Assembly: GCA_977017575.1 (NCBI GenBank)
Contig: CDRNVI010000042.1
Location: 1 to 64,000, forward strand
Direction: 5' to 3'
DNA: 64,000 nt
Source: Paramoeba atlantica
Taxonomy: Eukaryota; Protista; Discosea
Shown here one piece after another: positions 22,787 to 34,316 of the stretch. Made by a program: the position numbers and the translations under genes. Below the pieces are notes generated by a model. That model saw only the letters and a list, made by a program, of their open reading frames with translations. It was not told the origin of the DNA and made no database searches. Every line of letters begins with the position of its first letter. Position 1 is the stretch's first letter.

Positions 22787-24423
22787 AAACAGAATATTTA
22801 TTTCGCCAGTACTTGCGGGACATGCCGCAAGAGAAAAACCTACATACGATTGTGCGTACGCGACGCACGACAAAGCTAGCGACGAATGAACAATTGAATT
22901 TGCCGTTGCATGTGAAAAAGATTCCAGCTATGGATGTAAAAGCGATTGAGATGAAAATGAATGATACAACGAAAAGGCGGTTTCAAGACACTATGGAGAA
23001 GTTATTCCATTTACAACGAACACCGGATAGGGAGCCGAACATGGGGCCAAAATTATCAGTGCCAGACATTGAGGACTTAGTTCAAGCCAAAATTCTATCA
23101 AAAGTTACACACGAAGAGGAGCGGAAACGTCCTTCCAACCAATGGATAATACCATTTACCGTGATTGAGCCAGCAGACGATACAGCAGAAACTGAAAGAA
23201 GAAGATTTATAGCTTGGACAAAGGAGGATAACACGAGAATAAAGAACGAATATCTGCCATATGTTCCCCTGAAACATGCGGCTTATTACTTACATCGAGC
23301 CAAGGAATCATATGGGTTGAAGCGAGACATGGCATGCGGATTCTATCAGGTGCCAATTCCGTTATATTCTCGAGCAAAATTTCGCTTTCGATCAGAGAAC
23401 GGTGAATTGTATGAGCTAAACGTAATGCCGATGGGACATCGTTGTGCGCCTGAAATAATGCACACAATCACCGCTACACTGGCAGGAGACCCGAAGTGCT
23501 GCACAGAGCAGGGTGCATATTCCGACTCTTTTCAGGCAGATGTTTATGTCGATGGGTTGAGATTTGCTGGTACAATTGAACAAACCGAAAAATATAAGGA
23601 TTTTGTGGATAAGCGCGCACAGGAAGTGGGAGTAACGTTCAAGGATATAGGCAAAGAACCGATGCAACAGTACGTTTTTAATGGAGTAGAATACTGCCAT
23701 GAGGAAGGAAAAGTTAGAATGGGACCTAAAATCGTGAAGCGCATGCAAAACGATCGTTTTCGGAACACGACTTATGGAAAATTGGAGTCAGCAGTTGGAA
23801 GGTTGGTTCACGCATCGTCGGTTCTGGGTGAGCCCATCGCGAATTATCATTTTACGTTAAAATTGGTTCGTCGGCGTATAAATGCACTAAACAACAATCC
23901 ATCATTACTGGACAGGACAGCGTATCTCCCCCCGTATGTAACGATAGAGTTAACCAGGTGGAAGCACATATTGACTTCCAACAGATTAATAACCCCACCA
24001 CCGCATCCTGACACAGTGCCACACCGCCACAGAATTTACACCGACGCATCGGGAACAGGTTGGGGAGCGATTCTCTACTTAGATTTTGGTCCTATTGTTT
24101 GTGTGGGAGATAGGTGGGAAGATGATTTCGTGTACGAAGTAAACCGAGCCGAGACGAGGGCCGTTCGTCTTGCGTTCGAAAAATTAGCGCATCACTTTCG
24201 ACGTGGAACCTGTATCGATTTATTTATCGATAACACTTCGTGTCTAGCATCCATCAAGAAGAAGTCTACGAAGTCGGATGGGATCAGTATGGAGCTCACT
24301 GGGCTGTTGAATTTTTTAAGGAAGCAAGGAATTGCAGTTCAACCCCATTATGTAGCATCGAAAGAGAACCCCGCTGACCCATTGAGCCGGCAAAGAATTG
24401 CGAAAGGGGAAACAAGTGACTAG
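21823..24423 (+). CDS. Uninterrupted RT/RNase H ORF
   Basis: 866 aa; KRDMACGF, PMGHRCAPE, YVDG, TDASGTGWG, IDNTS, NPAD. Confidence 0.92.
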   Translation: MQRKVDSMLEYISRHVKPSEYYSGAEKSVKSTDGSQGIYTGSTGSTRRDVGDVEYIDLGNKSTNMGRISTILPREKRSSDTDPRSSFCTMPSSHNTNENNLRPSVDDAIQSDRRMYCTDKIFLQGTPSTRSRGTHTSDGTLDTIPAKQDTEKGHASGRANVNDELEGCITMVGNSKFDTRKVCRSDSRTDRSSLGKRHQSNSMQPMARINVYSHQGGRNTRTSSVRTYAEAVGQNVSHQCETDGQTYQERSGPRLWDALRKARRGDGTFQGSCKWEIDDRGGQEFSKTSADRISPQIQFQSGNDSPCTWNSKRNRQTENALKTEYLFRQYLRDMPQEKNLHTIVRTRRTTKLATNEQLNLPLHVKKIPAMDVKAIEMKMNDTTKRRFQDTMEKLFHLQRTPDREPNMGPKLSVPDIEDLVQAKILSKVTHEEERKRPSNQWIIPFTVIEPADDTAETERRRFIAWTKEDNTRIKNEYLPYVPLKHAAYYLHRAKESYGLKRDMACGFYQVPIPLYSRAKFRFRSENGELYELNVMPMGHRCAPEIMHTITATLAGDPKCCTEQGAYSDSFQADVYVDGLRFAGTIEQTEKYKDFVDKRAQEVGVTFKDIGKEPMQQYVFNGVEYCHEEGKVRMGPKIVKRMQNDRFRNTTYGKLESAVGRLVHASSVLGEPIANYHFTLKLVRRRINALNNNPSLLDRTAYLPPYVTIELTRWKHILTSNRLITPPPHPDTVPHRHRIYTDASGTGWGAILYLDFGPIVCVGDRWEDDFVYEVNRAETRAVRLAFEKLAHHFRRGTCIDLFIDNTSCLASIKKKSTKSDGISMELTGLLNFLRKQGIAVQPHYVASKENPADPLSRQRIAKGETSD

Positions 24424-25708
24424 CGAAAGGGTGGTCCCCGCGTGGACACCCGTTCGCGATAGGGAGGGATGTATATCTCTCTGGGAGGTGAAAAGGATAG
24501 GTATAAAATATTTGATTATTTTGCGTACAAATAATGAAAGATGCATCATATTGGAAATTCAGCATACAGATGGATAGTAGGTTTAAAAGATAATGAGAAA
24601 TACATGTATGTTAAAATATTTTGAGATATTTCAATAGCAGATTAATATTAGGACTCGAGTAGTATGTACTTGTGAAATTAATGTTTCTTTCCCGGAGAGC
24701 AATTCTAGAAGTTTACGAATAGAATTGTTCGAAGGGATTTATACGCCGATAAATGGCCGGCGGGCATTGTACGCTTGTATTTAGAATGATTGAATTTGCA
24801 GTTTAGTCCATACGATTATCGCCTTTATTTGAAGAAGTGTTTTTTCTCCATACAAAACTTTTTGTCCCACCCACCAGCCCCCAAACCACTCCCCGCGTGG
24901 ACACCCGTTCGCGATAGGGAGGGATGTATATCTCTCTGGGAGGTGAAAAGGATAGGTATAAAATATTTGATTATTTTGCGTACAAATAATGAAAGATGCA
25001 TCATATTGGAAATTCAGCATACAGATGGATAGTAGGTTTAAAAGATAATGAGAAATACATGTATGTTAAAATATTTTGAGATATTTCAATAGCAGATTAA
25101 TATTAGGACTCGAGTAGTATGTACTTGTGAAATTAATGTTTCTTTCCCGGAGAGCAATTCTTCTTTGGGTTCTGTGGCTGATGAAGGGGCGTTGGTAGCT
25201 GTGCTAACGGCGACGGAGGGGGCACCTGGGGTCCGGATGGGGCATCTCGGGTCCGGATCGAGGGTTCTTCTGACGAGGGTGTGCCGATCGATCGCACAAC
25301 GTGATGTGCCGCGGGGGGAGGGGAAGGTGACCCATCGTGAGGAAATGGCGGCTCCACGGTGGGAGGAGAGCGCAGAGAACGATCAAAGGACTTAGGAGAA
25401 GGCGGCTCGGTGGGATGAAAAGGCAGCGCGGCGGGAGGCGAAGGCAGCGTGACGGGGGGAGGAGACGGAAGCGCGGCGGGAGGGGGAGACGCGGCGGGCG
25501 GAGAACGCGGCGCGGCTGGGGGCGCAGCCGCAGGAGATGGCGTCGCGGGCAGCGGCAGAGGATGTTTTTTCTTGCGCTTTGTCTCAGGCAGAGGCAAAAT
25601 CACAGGTGCTACACCTGCTTCTTTCGCCTTGGCGCGCGTAAACACGCCCATCAAGTGTAGAAAGTAGTAAAATCAACAACAAAGCAAAGAGACAACAGGG
25701 TCTATCTC

Positions 25709-25925
25709 GAGATGGGACGCGGAATAATTCAAACCCTTCGGGATGCTTACTGGCGGGCGCGCCGAGTTGACGTTGATCTCGTCCACCAGAAAATGGAGAA
25801 AGATGTACGCCCAGAGGACAAATTTTATCATCATGTGACCGATCAGTTAGTCGAACGACAAAAACTGTACACCCGAGTCCAATCGTTTTCTACTTCAGGA
25901 ACGCAAGTTTCACGCCCAAAATTTG
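25709..25925 (+). pseudogene. Gag fragment related to about 6365-6570
   Basis: MGRGIIQTLRDAYWRARRVDVDLVHQKMEKD is nearly identical in protein to the 5621 gag. Confidence 0.85.
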
Positions 25926-26064
25926 AGACTCCCCTTGAGCAATCCTCCTAGCTTTGAGTTATTGATTCCTGTATCCCCAACCGACGAGACTGACTCAACT
26001 CAGGAGACCGTACTATGCGACCCTCACCGCACTGACTCTAGCTGGTCCTGCAACGGAAGCTGTC

Positions 26065-29000
26065 GTGCCACCTCTTCATTCTGCGGGGGACCCGCCCCTC
26101 CCGGAACGTCGGTACTGTCCGGCAGACGGATGTGCGTGGTCCGCACAATCCCACGGCGGCAAATGGCAAGCTTTTTATAATCATGTGGCCTCCCGACACG
26201 CCGAAGGCATACCGCTAGAGTGGTGGGCACGTGAAGGCAGATTTCTTTGCACGGTGTGCAACAAACATTTTGTGTTGACCAAGAAGGAAGCCCATTCAAT
26301 TCAATGCTACGGGGCGGACCCACCTCCCACACAGCCATCACCAACAACAGATTTTCCTGACCCCGCGTACCCTTCAGAGACGCCAGAGGAATCTAGCTTA
26401 CCGCCCACTATAGACCCACCATGTTTCCCTAGCCTAAGAGCCGTCTGTACAACACCTATGACCACGTCCAAAGACGTTCCTTTCCGATGCCGACGCCAGT
26501 GGGCTACGGTCCTAACAGCCACCGCCGCAACAGCTGAGAGGGAGAACACCGTCGCTGCATGGACACGACTAGCGATGCTTCCGAAATGTGTCCTTCCAGC
26601 CCCGCATAGAAGAGGACGAAAGGGAAATAGCTCGTACGCCTCCCACGTGCGGAAATGTCTGGATCGCTGGGAAGCACACGAATATTCAGCCCTGTGGAAA
26701 GAAGCTGTACTTGAACACCAGAAGAAGAGGAAGCAAGGATCCGGAGCAGGTACACTACTGGATGAGGAAAAGAAAGCGATTCGCTCCGAACTACTGGTCC
26801 GTCAAGGAGAAGTTTCTCGAGGAATAGCTGCACTCACTTCGGCGCCAATGGCACCCGACAATGAGGAGACATATAACAAACTAGTCACCAAGCACCCGAG
26901 CCGGCTGTTCGGTCCACTACGCCAAAGCGCACCGTCCTCCAACGAAATCATTTCCTTGACTGTCAATGAGGATGATGTACGAAAGGCGATCCAAAGCTTT
27001 AACAGGGGCTCCTCAGGTGGAACCATGGCGCTACGAGCGGAACACATACAAGCGGCATTATTCGCTGGAACTGACACGGATGTTCATCCCCTCGAGAGTC
27101 TCACAAAGCTTGCCAATCACCTACTCGCCGGTAAGGCTCCAGTTGAAGCACAACAATATTACGCAGGGGCTCGATTGTGTGCATTGCAGAAAGGGCAAAA
27201 TGATGTAAGACCTATCGCAGCAGGGGAAACGTTGCGCCGCATGGTCAGCAAGACTGCCTGCTCTGTTGTAAAGTCCAAAGCTAGCACACTTTTCCAAGGA
27301 CGTCAATATGGTGTGGCAACGGAATCTGGCTCCGAAAGGGTTATCCACCTCTGCCGCCAAGTGGTGGAGTCCACAAAGAATGACCCAGAATTTGTCTTAT
27401 GCAAGGTGGACCTTCGTAACGCATTCAATACGGTTTACAGGGCGGCGTTCATATCTCTATCAGAAAAGCACTTCCCCGAGTTGACTCCTTGGATAAATTG
27501 GTGCTACTCCACCGATAGCGCACTCACATATGGTTCTCAAACAGTTGCCTCCACCGAAGGAGTTCAACAGGGGGACCCTTTAGGGCCCCTCCTTTTCTCC
27601 ATGGTTCTGCGAGAGATTACTGAACTGATCGAGAATGAAGTGCCCAGCGGACTCCTCTTGCACCTTTGGTATCTCGATGACGGTGTTTTAGCCGGAAAAT
27701 GCGACAGCGTACGGAGGGCGTTGGATGCTATAGCATGTGCGGGACCTCAGTGGGGGCTCCATCTTAATGCGAGTAAATGCGAGATAATATCTCATCCGGT
27801 ATCCTCGCATTGCACGGACTCATTCACTACCATCCCAGCCAGAATGAAAAATCACGAAGGAAACTTTAGCATTTTGGGTAGCCCAGTAGGGTCAGAAGAG
27901 TTCTGTATTGAATACCTACGTGAGTTTGCGATCGAACCTGCGGAAGCAACTCTAAAGGCGATAGGCATACTAGAAGACCCACAGGTAGCCCTCACGCTAA
28001 TTCGCCACTGCGCTGGCTTTTGCCAATTAGTCTACTCCCTCCGCACAACGCCACCAAAATACATGGTAGACCTCTGTCAGAGGCTTGATAACGCCGTGCT
28101 CCGCGCTACGGAGCTTATACTCTGTCCTCTAGACGCCCCGGCACGAGCACAAATCCAACGCGACAAGAGACACGGTGGTTTTGGCCTAAGATCCTCCGTT
28201 ATACATTCATCTGCAGCTTATGTCTCTTCAGCAGCCTTTGCGGGTTCTCAAGATGACTGGGCACCGTCCGAGGCGAAATGGTTTTCCGAGGCAGTGGAGC
28301 GTGTTAACCGCCAGGCGGGAAAGACTTTGGTGGATTCGACAACCGGCAAAATACAGGAGGCACTAATCCACAAAGATTATAACGCATCAACCAACCCTCT
28401 CAATGCACACCATGATCACAGCCTAGATGCCGGGATGAATGAAAAGCTGATTATCCCGCGACAGAAACACCTTTGTCGCGAGATAGGCGACCGGGAATTT
28501 TCTTCAGCATATGAGGCAGCAGACTTCAACACACGCGCACGTTTGATTTCGCAAACTGGGAGAGGGGCCGCGAGTTGGGCATTCGTTATTCCCTCCAAGG
28601 AGAGAGGATACTCTTACACTCCTACTGAGTTTCGCGCCTTGTCCCGCTGGTGGTTGGGAGCAGACATTTACCCCGGAACGCGGCCCTGTCCTATGGGGAG
28701 GTGTCAGCAACCGTTGGGACCAAAAGGCGACCATGCCGTGTCCTGTAAGTGTGGACATGGCATCATGACGCGCCACAACGCGCTGGCGTGTCAATTTGTC
28801 GATTTCTGCAGTAAGGCGCACCTCGCCCCCCAACGGGAGGTAAGTCTTGGCAATCGCGGTCCCGCTGGAGCGCCCACGAGGCCTGGTGATGTCGTTTTGC
28901 CCAGCATTGGCTTAGGCAAGTCTCTGGTGCTTGATTTCGCCGTTACCCACGTTCAGCAACCCAAATACGCGGACCTCGTCCGTAACGCTAACGGGGTGAC

Positions 29001-29310
29001 GGCGGGATCATTCGCCGAGAGCTATGCCACAAGCCATAAGCAGGTGCAGCGACGGGACGCCGAGACTGCTGGGTACGACTTCGCGGCCATGGTCGTAGGC
29101 TCCTATGGCTCGTGGTCCGACAGCGCCCTCGCTGTGCTTAAGAAGGTTGGAGCGTGGCGCTCTGCTACGTCCCAAGGGACGATGGACAGGGGAACAGCGA
29201 CGGCAAATCTCATCCGTGACTTGAATGTCACTTTAATGCGAGTTCAGGCTCGTATGATGGTGGCGCGGATGGCAGAAGATGACCCGGATCCACCTCTGCT
29301 CCTGAATTAG
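26065..29310 (+). CDS. CRE-like non-LTR retrotransposon polyprotein (lineage A): two N-terminal zinc fingers, RT, CCHC, RLE
   Basis: 1081 aa; CPADGC..H...H, CTVC..H..C, GVQQGDPLGP, YLDD, CPMGRC..H...C, RHN, RPGD, LDFAVTH. No ATG in this frame upstream, so the 5' end is uncertain. Confidence 0.92.
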   Translation: MPPLHSAGDPPLPERRYCPADGCAWSAQSHGGKWQAFYNHVASRHAEGIPLEWWAREGRFLCTVCNKHFVLTKKEAHSIQCYGADPPPTQPSPTTDFPDPAYPSETPEESSLPPTIDPPCFPSLRAVCTTPMTTSKDVPFRCRRQWATVLTATAATAERENTVAAWTRLAMLPKCVLPAPHRRGRKGNSSYASHVRKCLDRWEAHEYSALWKEAVLEHQKKRKQGSGAGTLLDEEKKAIRSELLVRQGEVSRGIAALTSAPMAPDNEETYNKLVTKHPSRLFGPLRQSAPSSNEIISLTVNEDDVRKAIQSFNRGSSGGTMALRAEHIQAALFAGTDTDVHPLESLTKLANHLLAGKAPVEAQQYYAGARLCALQKGQNDVRPIAAGETLRRMVSKTACSVVKSKASTLFQGRQYGVATESGSERVIHLCRQVVESTKNDPEFVLCKVDLRNAFNTVYRAAFISLSEKHFPELTPWINWCYSTDSALTYGSQTVASTEGVQQGDPLGPLLFSMVLREITELIENEVPSGLLLHLWYLDDGVLAGKCDSVRRALDAIACAGPQWGLHLNASKCEIISHPVSSHCTDSFTTIPARMKNHEGNFSILGSPVGSEEFCIEYLREFAIEPAEATLKAIGILEDPQVALTLIRHCAGFCQLVYSLRTTPPKYMVDLCQRLDNAVLRATELILCPLDAPARAQIQRDKRHGGFGLRSSVIHSSAAYVSSAAFAGSQDDWAPSEAKWFSEAVERVNRQAGKTLVDSTTGKIQEALIHKDYNASTNPLNAHHDHSLDAGMNEKLIIPRQKHLCREIGDREFSSAYEAADFNTRARLISQTGRGAASWAFVIPSKERGYSYTPTEFRALSRWWLGADIYPGTRPCPMGRCQQPLGPKGDHAVSCKCGHGIMTRHNALACQFVDFCSKAHLAPQREVSLGNRGPAGAPTRPGDVVLPSIGLGKSLVLDFAVTHVQQPKYADLVRNANGVTAGSFAESYATSHKQVQRRDAETAGYDFAAMVVGSYGSWSDSALAVLKKVGAWRSATSQGTMDRGTATANLIRDLNVTLMRVQARMMVARMAEDDPDPPLLLN

Positions 29311-29559
29311 AGGGTGATGCATTTTTTTTTTTTTCTTTTTCTTTTCTTTGGTTTGGTTTCGTCAAATAGAGTGATTTGTTGTAGATTGATTTATAGAGAT
29401 AAATTTGAAAAAAAAAAAAAAAAACTGATACCGTACATTCATAGAAAGTTAGAACTCATACTCAAAAAAAAAAAAAAAAAAAATGTAGCAGTCGGAACGC
29501 GCGAATGAATTGGGCATAAATTGCTTCTTTTTATTATTATTGTTATCAAAATAAAAATG

Positions 29560-29720
29560 TAGCAGTGAATATCGAGAAGCACGGGCACGGTGAGCGATAC
29601 GGAATTTCCTTATGATTTATTTTGGCGGAGTAGGCACCGCTGAAATACATCAACGTGCGATTGGGTTGTAAATGGAAGTAGGACGAGCGAATGGGTGGTC
29701 CCCGCGTCACCCGTTCGCAA
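29560..29720 (+). repeat. About 160-bp YR 3' piece ending in the B1 hairpin, duplicated at about 43760-43921
   Basis: Matching blocks ending GCGAATGGGTGGTCCCCGCGTCACCCGTTCGCAAGC. Confidence 0.8.
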
Positions 29721-29744
29721 GCAAAAAAAAAAAAAAGAAAAAAA

Positions 29745-30586
29745 AAATCTCATCTCACGAGTTTCATCAAGCACTCTCCCTCGCTGACCCACGTACGAGG
29801 GCTCGATGGATTTCGGAAACGGGGCACGGAGCAGCAGAATGGGCTTTTATATTGCCGTCGAAAAAGAACGGCCACGCTTATACCCCAACCGAGTTTCGGA
29901 CTCTGGTACGTTGGTGGCTAGGGGAGCAAATATATCCGGGTCCCCGATCTTGTCCCATGGAGAAGTGCACCCAACCGTTGGGTCCTGAGGGCGATCACGC
30001 ATTGGCTTGCAAAAGTGGACATGGTATCACCTCGCGGCATAATGCCCTGGCCGCAGAATTTTCTTCTGAATGTTCTAAGGCTGGGTTCACTACCCAGAGG
30101 GAAATGAGCTTGGGAAACAAGGGGCCGGGGGGCGCCCTCACCAGGCCTGGTGATGTCTTCATCAAAAATTTCGGGCTTGGCGAGGGTCTTGTGCTTGACT
30201 TTGCCGTCACCCATGTACAGCAACAAAAATATACGGACTCAGTCCGTGACGCTAACGGGGTGACGGCCGGGTCATTTGCGGAGCGCTATGCTACCGAAAA
30301 CAAGAGAAGACAACGGGAAGAGGCTAACACGGCTGGGTACAAGTTCGCGGCAATGGTAGTAGAGTCCTATGGCGCCTGGAGTCCCAGCGCCATGGCGGTT
30401 CTTAGGGAAATTTCAACTAGAAAGATGGCGACCTCAGGGGATACCCTCCCTAAAAGCGATGCCTTGCATCACCTCCTTTCATCTCTCAACATTACCCTCA
30501 TGAGGTCGCAAGCTCGCATGCTTGTATTACGATCCCCAGCGGCGGTCCCTGACACAGTGCTCTTAGGTTACGGAAAAGAGGAGTAG
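29745..30586 (+). pseudogene. C-terminal RLE fragment of CRE lineage A
   Basis: CPMEKC..GDHALAC, RHN, TRPGDV, LDFAVTH; close to the end of the 26065 ORF. Confidence 0.9.
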
Positions 30587-30861
30587 GAGCTCAGTAGGAA
30601 AGTGAAGGAGTCGGTGTCAAGGGAGGAGGCCTCGTTTCTATTTGCTGGTTTTCTCGGGTGGTTTCTTTTTGGGGCTTTGGGTATTCGTTTTTTGGGGAAG
30701 GTTTTTTTTTGGGGGGTGGGAACGGGTTCTTATTTGCTGTTTTTTGGGCCGTTTGCTCGGTTGAACATTCTTTTACTTTTCGTACAGTTGCTTGTTTTTA
30801 TTTTGAGCCTAACTTTAAAAAAATAATAATGTGAAATTGCTAATTTGATTGCTTGTTTACA

Positions 30862-33803
30862 AACGATAAAGATACAGTTTCTGTACCTTGTTGATTTATT
30901 TTCTTATTATCTCAATCGTTATGACACGCCCTTCCCGCTCAGTCGTGAGCAAAAATTCAGACCTGAAGACAAGTCGTACAACAGAGAAATCACGTGAAAA
31001 AGGAAAGCGTGGCAAAGAAAAGAAGAGCACAACAACGGTTTCCTCAGACGGCTCAATGATCAAGATTCTACAAGTTTCGCGGAAAGAGGGAATGAAGGAA
31101 CGCTCCGGAAATCACACGGCGTCAGACTTACCCGATCTCACCACAGGAGATGGCCGAATTACGCATGAAATGTCCAAACCAAAGAAAACCCCAAGAATTC
31201 CCGGATGACGAAAACGCTGGAGATGCGGAGGAACTGAGCAAAACAGAAGCACGCACCATAAAAAAAGCGACCCGCCTGGCCCTAGAAGGGTGTGTCTCTA
31301 AGGCAACAAAAGTGCTAGATCAGGAAGTGCGACCACAGGAACTAACAGACGACGATGTATGCGCCAAACTACGGGACCTGCATCCGCAGAATCATGAAAA
31401 CTTTGAGCTCCCGGATGACTCTCCTGAGATAGCCATCATTTCCACCGAAGAACTCAGGGACGCAGGTCGGCGTCTTGCCAAAGGATCGGCACCAGGACCT
31501 ACGGGAACCACTGACACAATAATTCGGCTCCTCTTGGACGACGAAATTTGTTGCGTCTCCATGTGTTATATGTTTGCGGATCTGATAAATGGACTTCTGT
31601 CAAAACAAGTAATGAATCGTCTGAAACGAGCACGCTTGGTAGCGTTACCAAAGGCAGACAAAGGCGTCAGACCAATCTGCGTAGGCGAAGTCTTCCTGAA
31701 ACTGGCGGGAATCGTATTAGTAGCACGGCACGAACATACACTCGAAAAACTCTTCGCCCCGTTACAATTTGGAGTATCTGTACAGTCTGGATGCGAAAAA
31801 GTAGTGCACCGTCTTCATAGCCATTATCAAGAAGGCAAAGCCATTCTATCAATCGATCTCGCTAATGCCTTTAACTCGCCTATGCGTAGCGACATCGCAA
31901 AAGTCGTTTTCGGCCTATGCACATTGCGCCCTTTTCGTAGATTCTTTCACGCGGAATATTCGGAGGCCTCTGAGCTTTTATATTACGGAAAAAACGGTGA
32001 GCATTACGAGACGATATATAGCTCAGCTGGAGTACGACAAGGATCTCCGTTATCTACCTTGTACTTTTGCGCATTTATCCAGCCTATCATAGAAACCCTG
32101 GCAATGGAATTTCCACAAGTAAAAATCTTCGCATTCATCGACGACATAAACCTAGCATCTGAGGACCAACAAGCGTTAGCTGATGCATTCAGTCGTCTAC
32201 ACGGCCTCCTAGCGGAGAAACGAGTCAAAATGGCCAAACACAAATGCGTGTGGTTTGGCGGAAAGCATGATATACCAATCCCAGCAGAACTTGAAGCAGA
32301 AGGAGTGAAAATCAAGCATTCAGCGACAAAGACCCTAGGTGCATACATAGGCAACGACGAAGTAGTCAGTGAATGTCTGACACAGAAGCTTGAAAAGCAC
32401 GAAGCCATATTCCGACGTCTCAAGCGCATGGGTTTAAACAACATATCACTACTTCTACTATCGAAAAGCGTAAACATTAGACATAGGTACCACACCCGGG
32501 TACACACACCAATAGCATCGGAAAAACTATGCAAAAAATTCGACAGCGATGTTGAAGCGGTGTTGAACACATGGCTTGGCAAAATGTCAGATAAACACAT
32601 CGCTTGGTGCCGGTTGCCGCTGAAGAAAGGTGGGCTCGGCCTGCCATCATCTACTGACTCTCGTACGTCCGCGTACAACTCTTCTAAACGCGTTTCTCTT
32701 GAGCAATGTAAACCAAAATCAGCTCGATTAACGTGCGACGAAGGTATAGCGCAGGACAGCGAATCAGTAAATGATGGCCCCGCAACGGAGGCTATGCTCA
32801 ATCAGAAGACGTATCAAGAGCTGACAAAGAAAAACGAGGAGTTGGCACCTTTGGTAAAGGCGTGCAGTGAAAAGGGTAATCACGATTGGTTGCAAGGAAA
32901 AACGAGATATATTCCATCATCTCAATTCTCTCTAATGGTGATGGCACGACTTGGTCTTGCGCACAAGAGTATGCCGGACAAAATCATATGCCCTGGATGC
33001 AAAATGATTCTCGAATCAAAACACTTTCTAGCACACTTGCTCGGTTGCGTTAAATGCACAGGCGCAAATGCGACAACGCGACATCATGCTCTCGTTCGTC
33101 ATATTTACGACCTCTGTCTTCAGACCGGAGTCCCATGCGAGCGGGAACCGAGACAATTCACCACTTATCGATGCCTGAAATGTAATGAATCGGTGAATGA
33201 ACAGCGCAAACATGAAACATCAGAAAAAGTGTGGAACCGCATCCTTCCATCGCAGCGGGCCAGACTTAGCAATTTACTGGGCGTCCGGTGAGATATTCTA
33301 TGACCTCACTATCATAAATGAAATATCCAAGACGAATCTCGGTAAACGGAGCAATCAGCTAATGCAGGAAGCCGAAAAACGCAAAGTCGACACGTATGTT
33401 AACTCGGATCTAATACCTCATGAAAAATTTACATGCGTATCAATACTCGCCGGAGGAGCAATGAACAAAAGTGGCCTGGCTCTCCTGAAATCTCTGGCCG
33501 ATGCTAGCGGGCGTGATCGCGATATCGTTGTGCAAGATTTCAAAATGCACCTCCAGGAGTTAAACGGCACTGTGCTGTGTTCTCAAATGAGCAAAGCACT
33601 ATCGTAGGTCAAATATTAAATATATAGAATTATAAGATTTAGCTTACAAAGACGCGTAAGCTTAGTTAGAACTACCCCCATACAATGGGGGGTAGCGCCA
33701 ATACGAAATACTTATAGACATTTCCAGGTTAGCGTATTTATTTATCTATTTATTTATTCATTTACTTGTAAGTTCTGTCCACAAAAAAAAAAAAAAAAAA
33801 AAA
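30862..33803 (+). mobile_element. SL-headed CRE-like element (lineage B) with an internal deletion and frameshifts, 3' UTR and poly(A)
   Basis: SL 30862-30893, ATG 30921; RT in 31150-33291 (GVRQGSPLS, FIDD); CPGC..H..GC; RLE end 33197-33607; A-tract 33782-33803. Confidence 0.88.
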
Positions 33804-34316
33804 CCGTGTCGCTGTCGACACAGGCCCGCGCCTGCGCCCTCCCGTATAGCAAGGGACGGGTTCACAAGTCAGGCCGTGGAGTGGTCGAAAGACCCGGTCC
33901 GGAACGCGCGAATGGATTGGGCCTGGATTGCTTGTTTTTATTTTTACTGTGTCTTGTTTGTCGTATATACTTAGGGGCGATTGAATTGCTAGTTTTGGGC
34001 TGAGAAAAAAGAAAAAGAAAATATATTTCTGTGAATATTTTATTTCGGTTGACAAATTTTATCCTCACGCCTTGGTTTTCGAAAAAACAAGGTTCCCCAA
34101 TGTGAGATAAAGGTGAGTAAAGTTTTCTTTACTCTGCGATTAGCGCCTTAATGTTTTTAACCGCGTCATTGTTGACACGGCCAAAAAAAAAAAAAAAAAA
34201 AAAGAATTCGAATCGTCGGATCTACACCTCTGCCAAAAGACTGGGCTGATCACGGCGAACAGAACAGTGCGCACAGCGACAAAATCAAAATCAAAATCAC
34301 GCCTAAGACCTTTCGA

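Larger units (their letters stand above)
20737..25161 (+). mobile_element. VIPER-like YR retrotransposon (family 1) with a complete A1...B1-A2-spacer-B2 structure; gag N-terminus deleted
   Basis: A1 20737-20899 = A2 24703-24865; B1 24435-24706 = B2 24890-25161; TTCT at both ends and at the B1/A2 junction. Confidence 0.95.
20300..25654 (-). pseudogene. Pro/Ser-rich ORF (probable retroelement N-terminal region) split by the YR insertion at 20737-25161
   Basis: 25654-25162 and 20736-20300 join in frame across one TTCT core. The N-terminus MGVFTRAKAKEAGVAP is homologous to the 50312 ORF. Confidence 0.7.
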
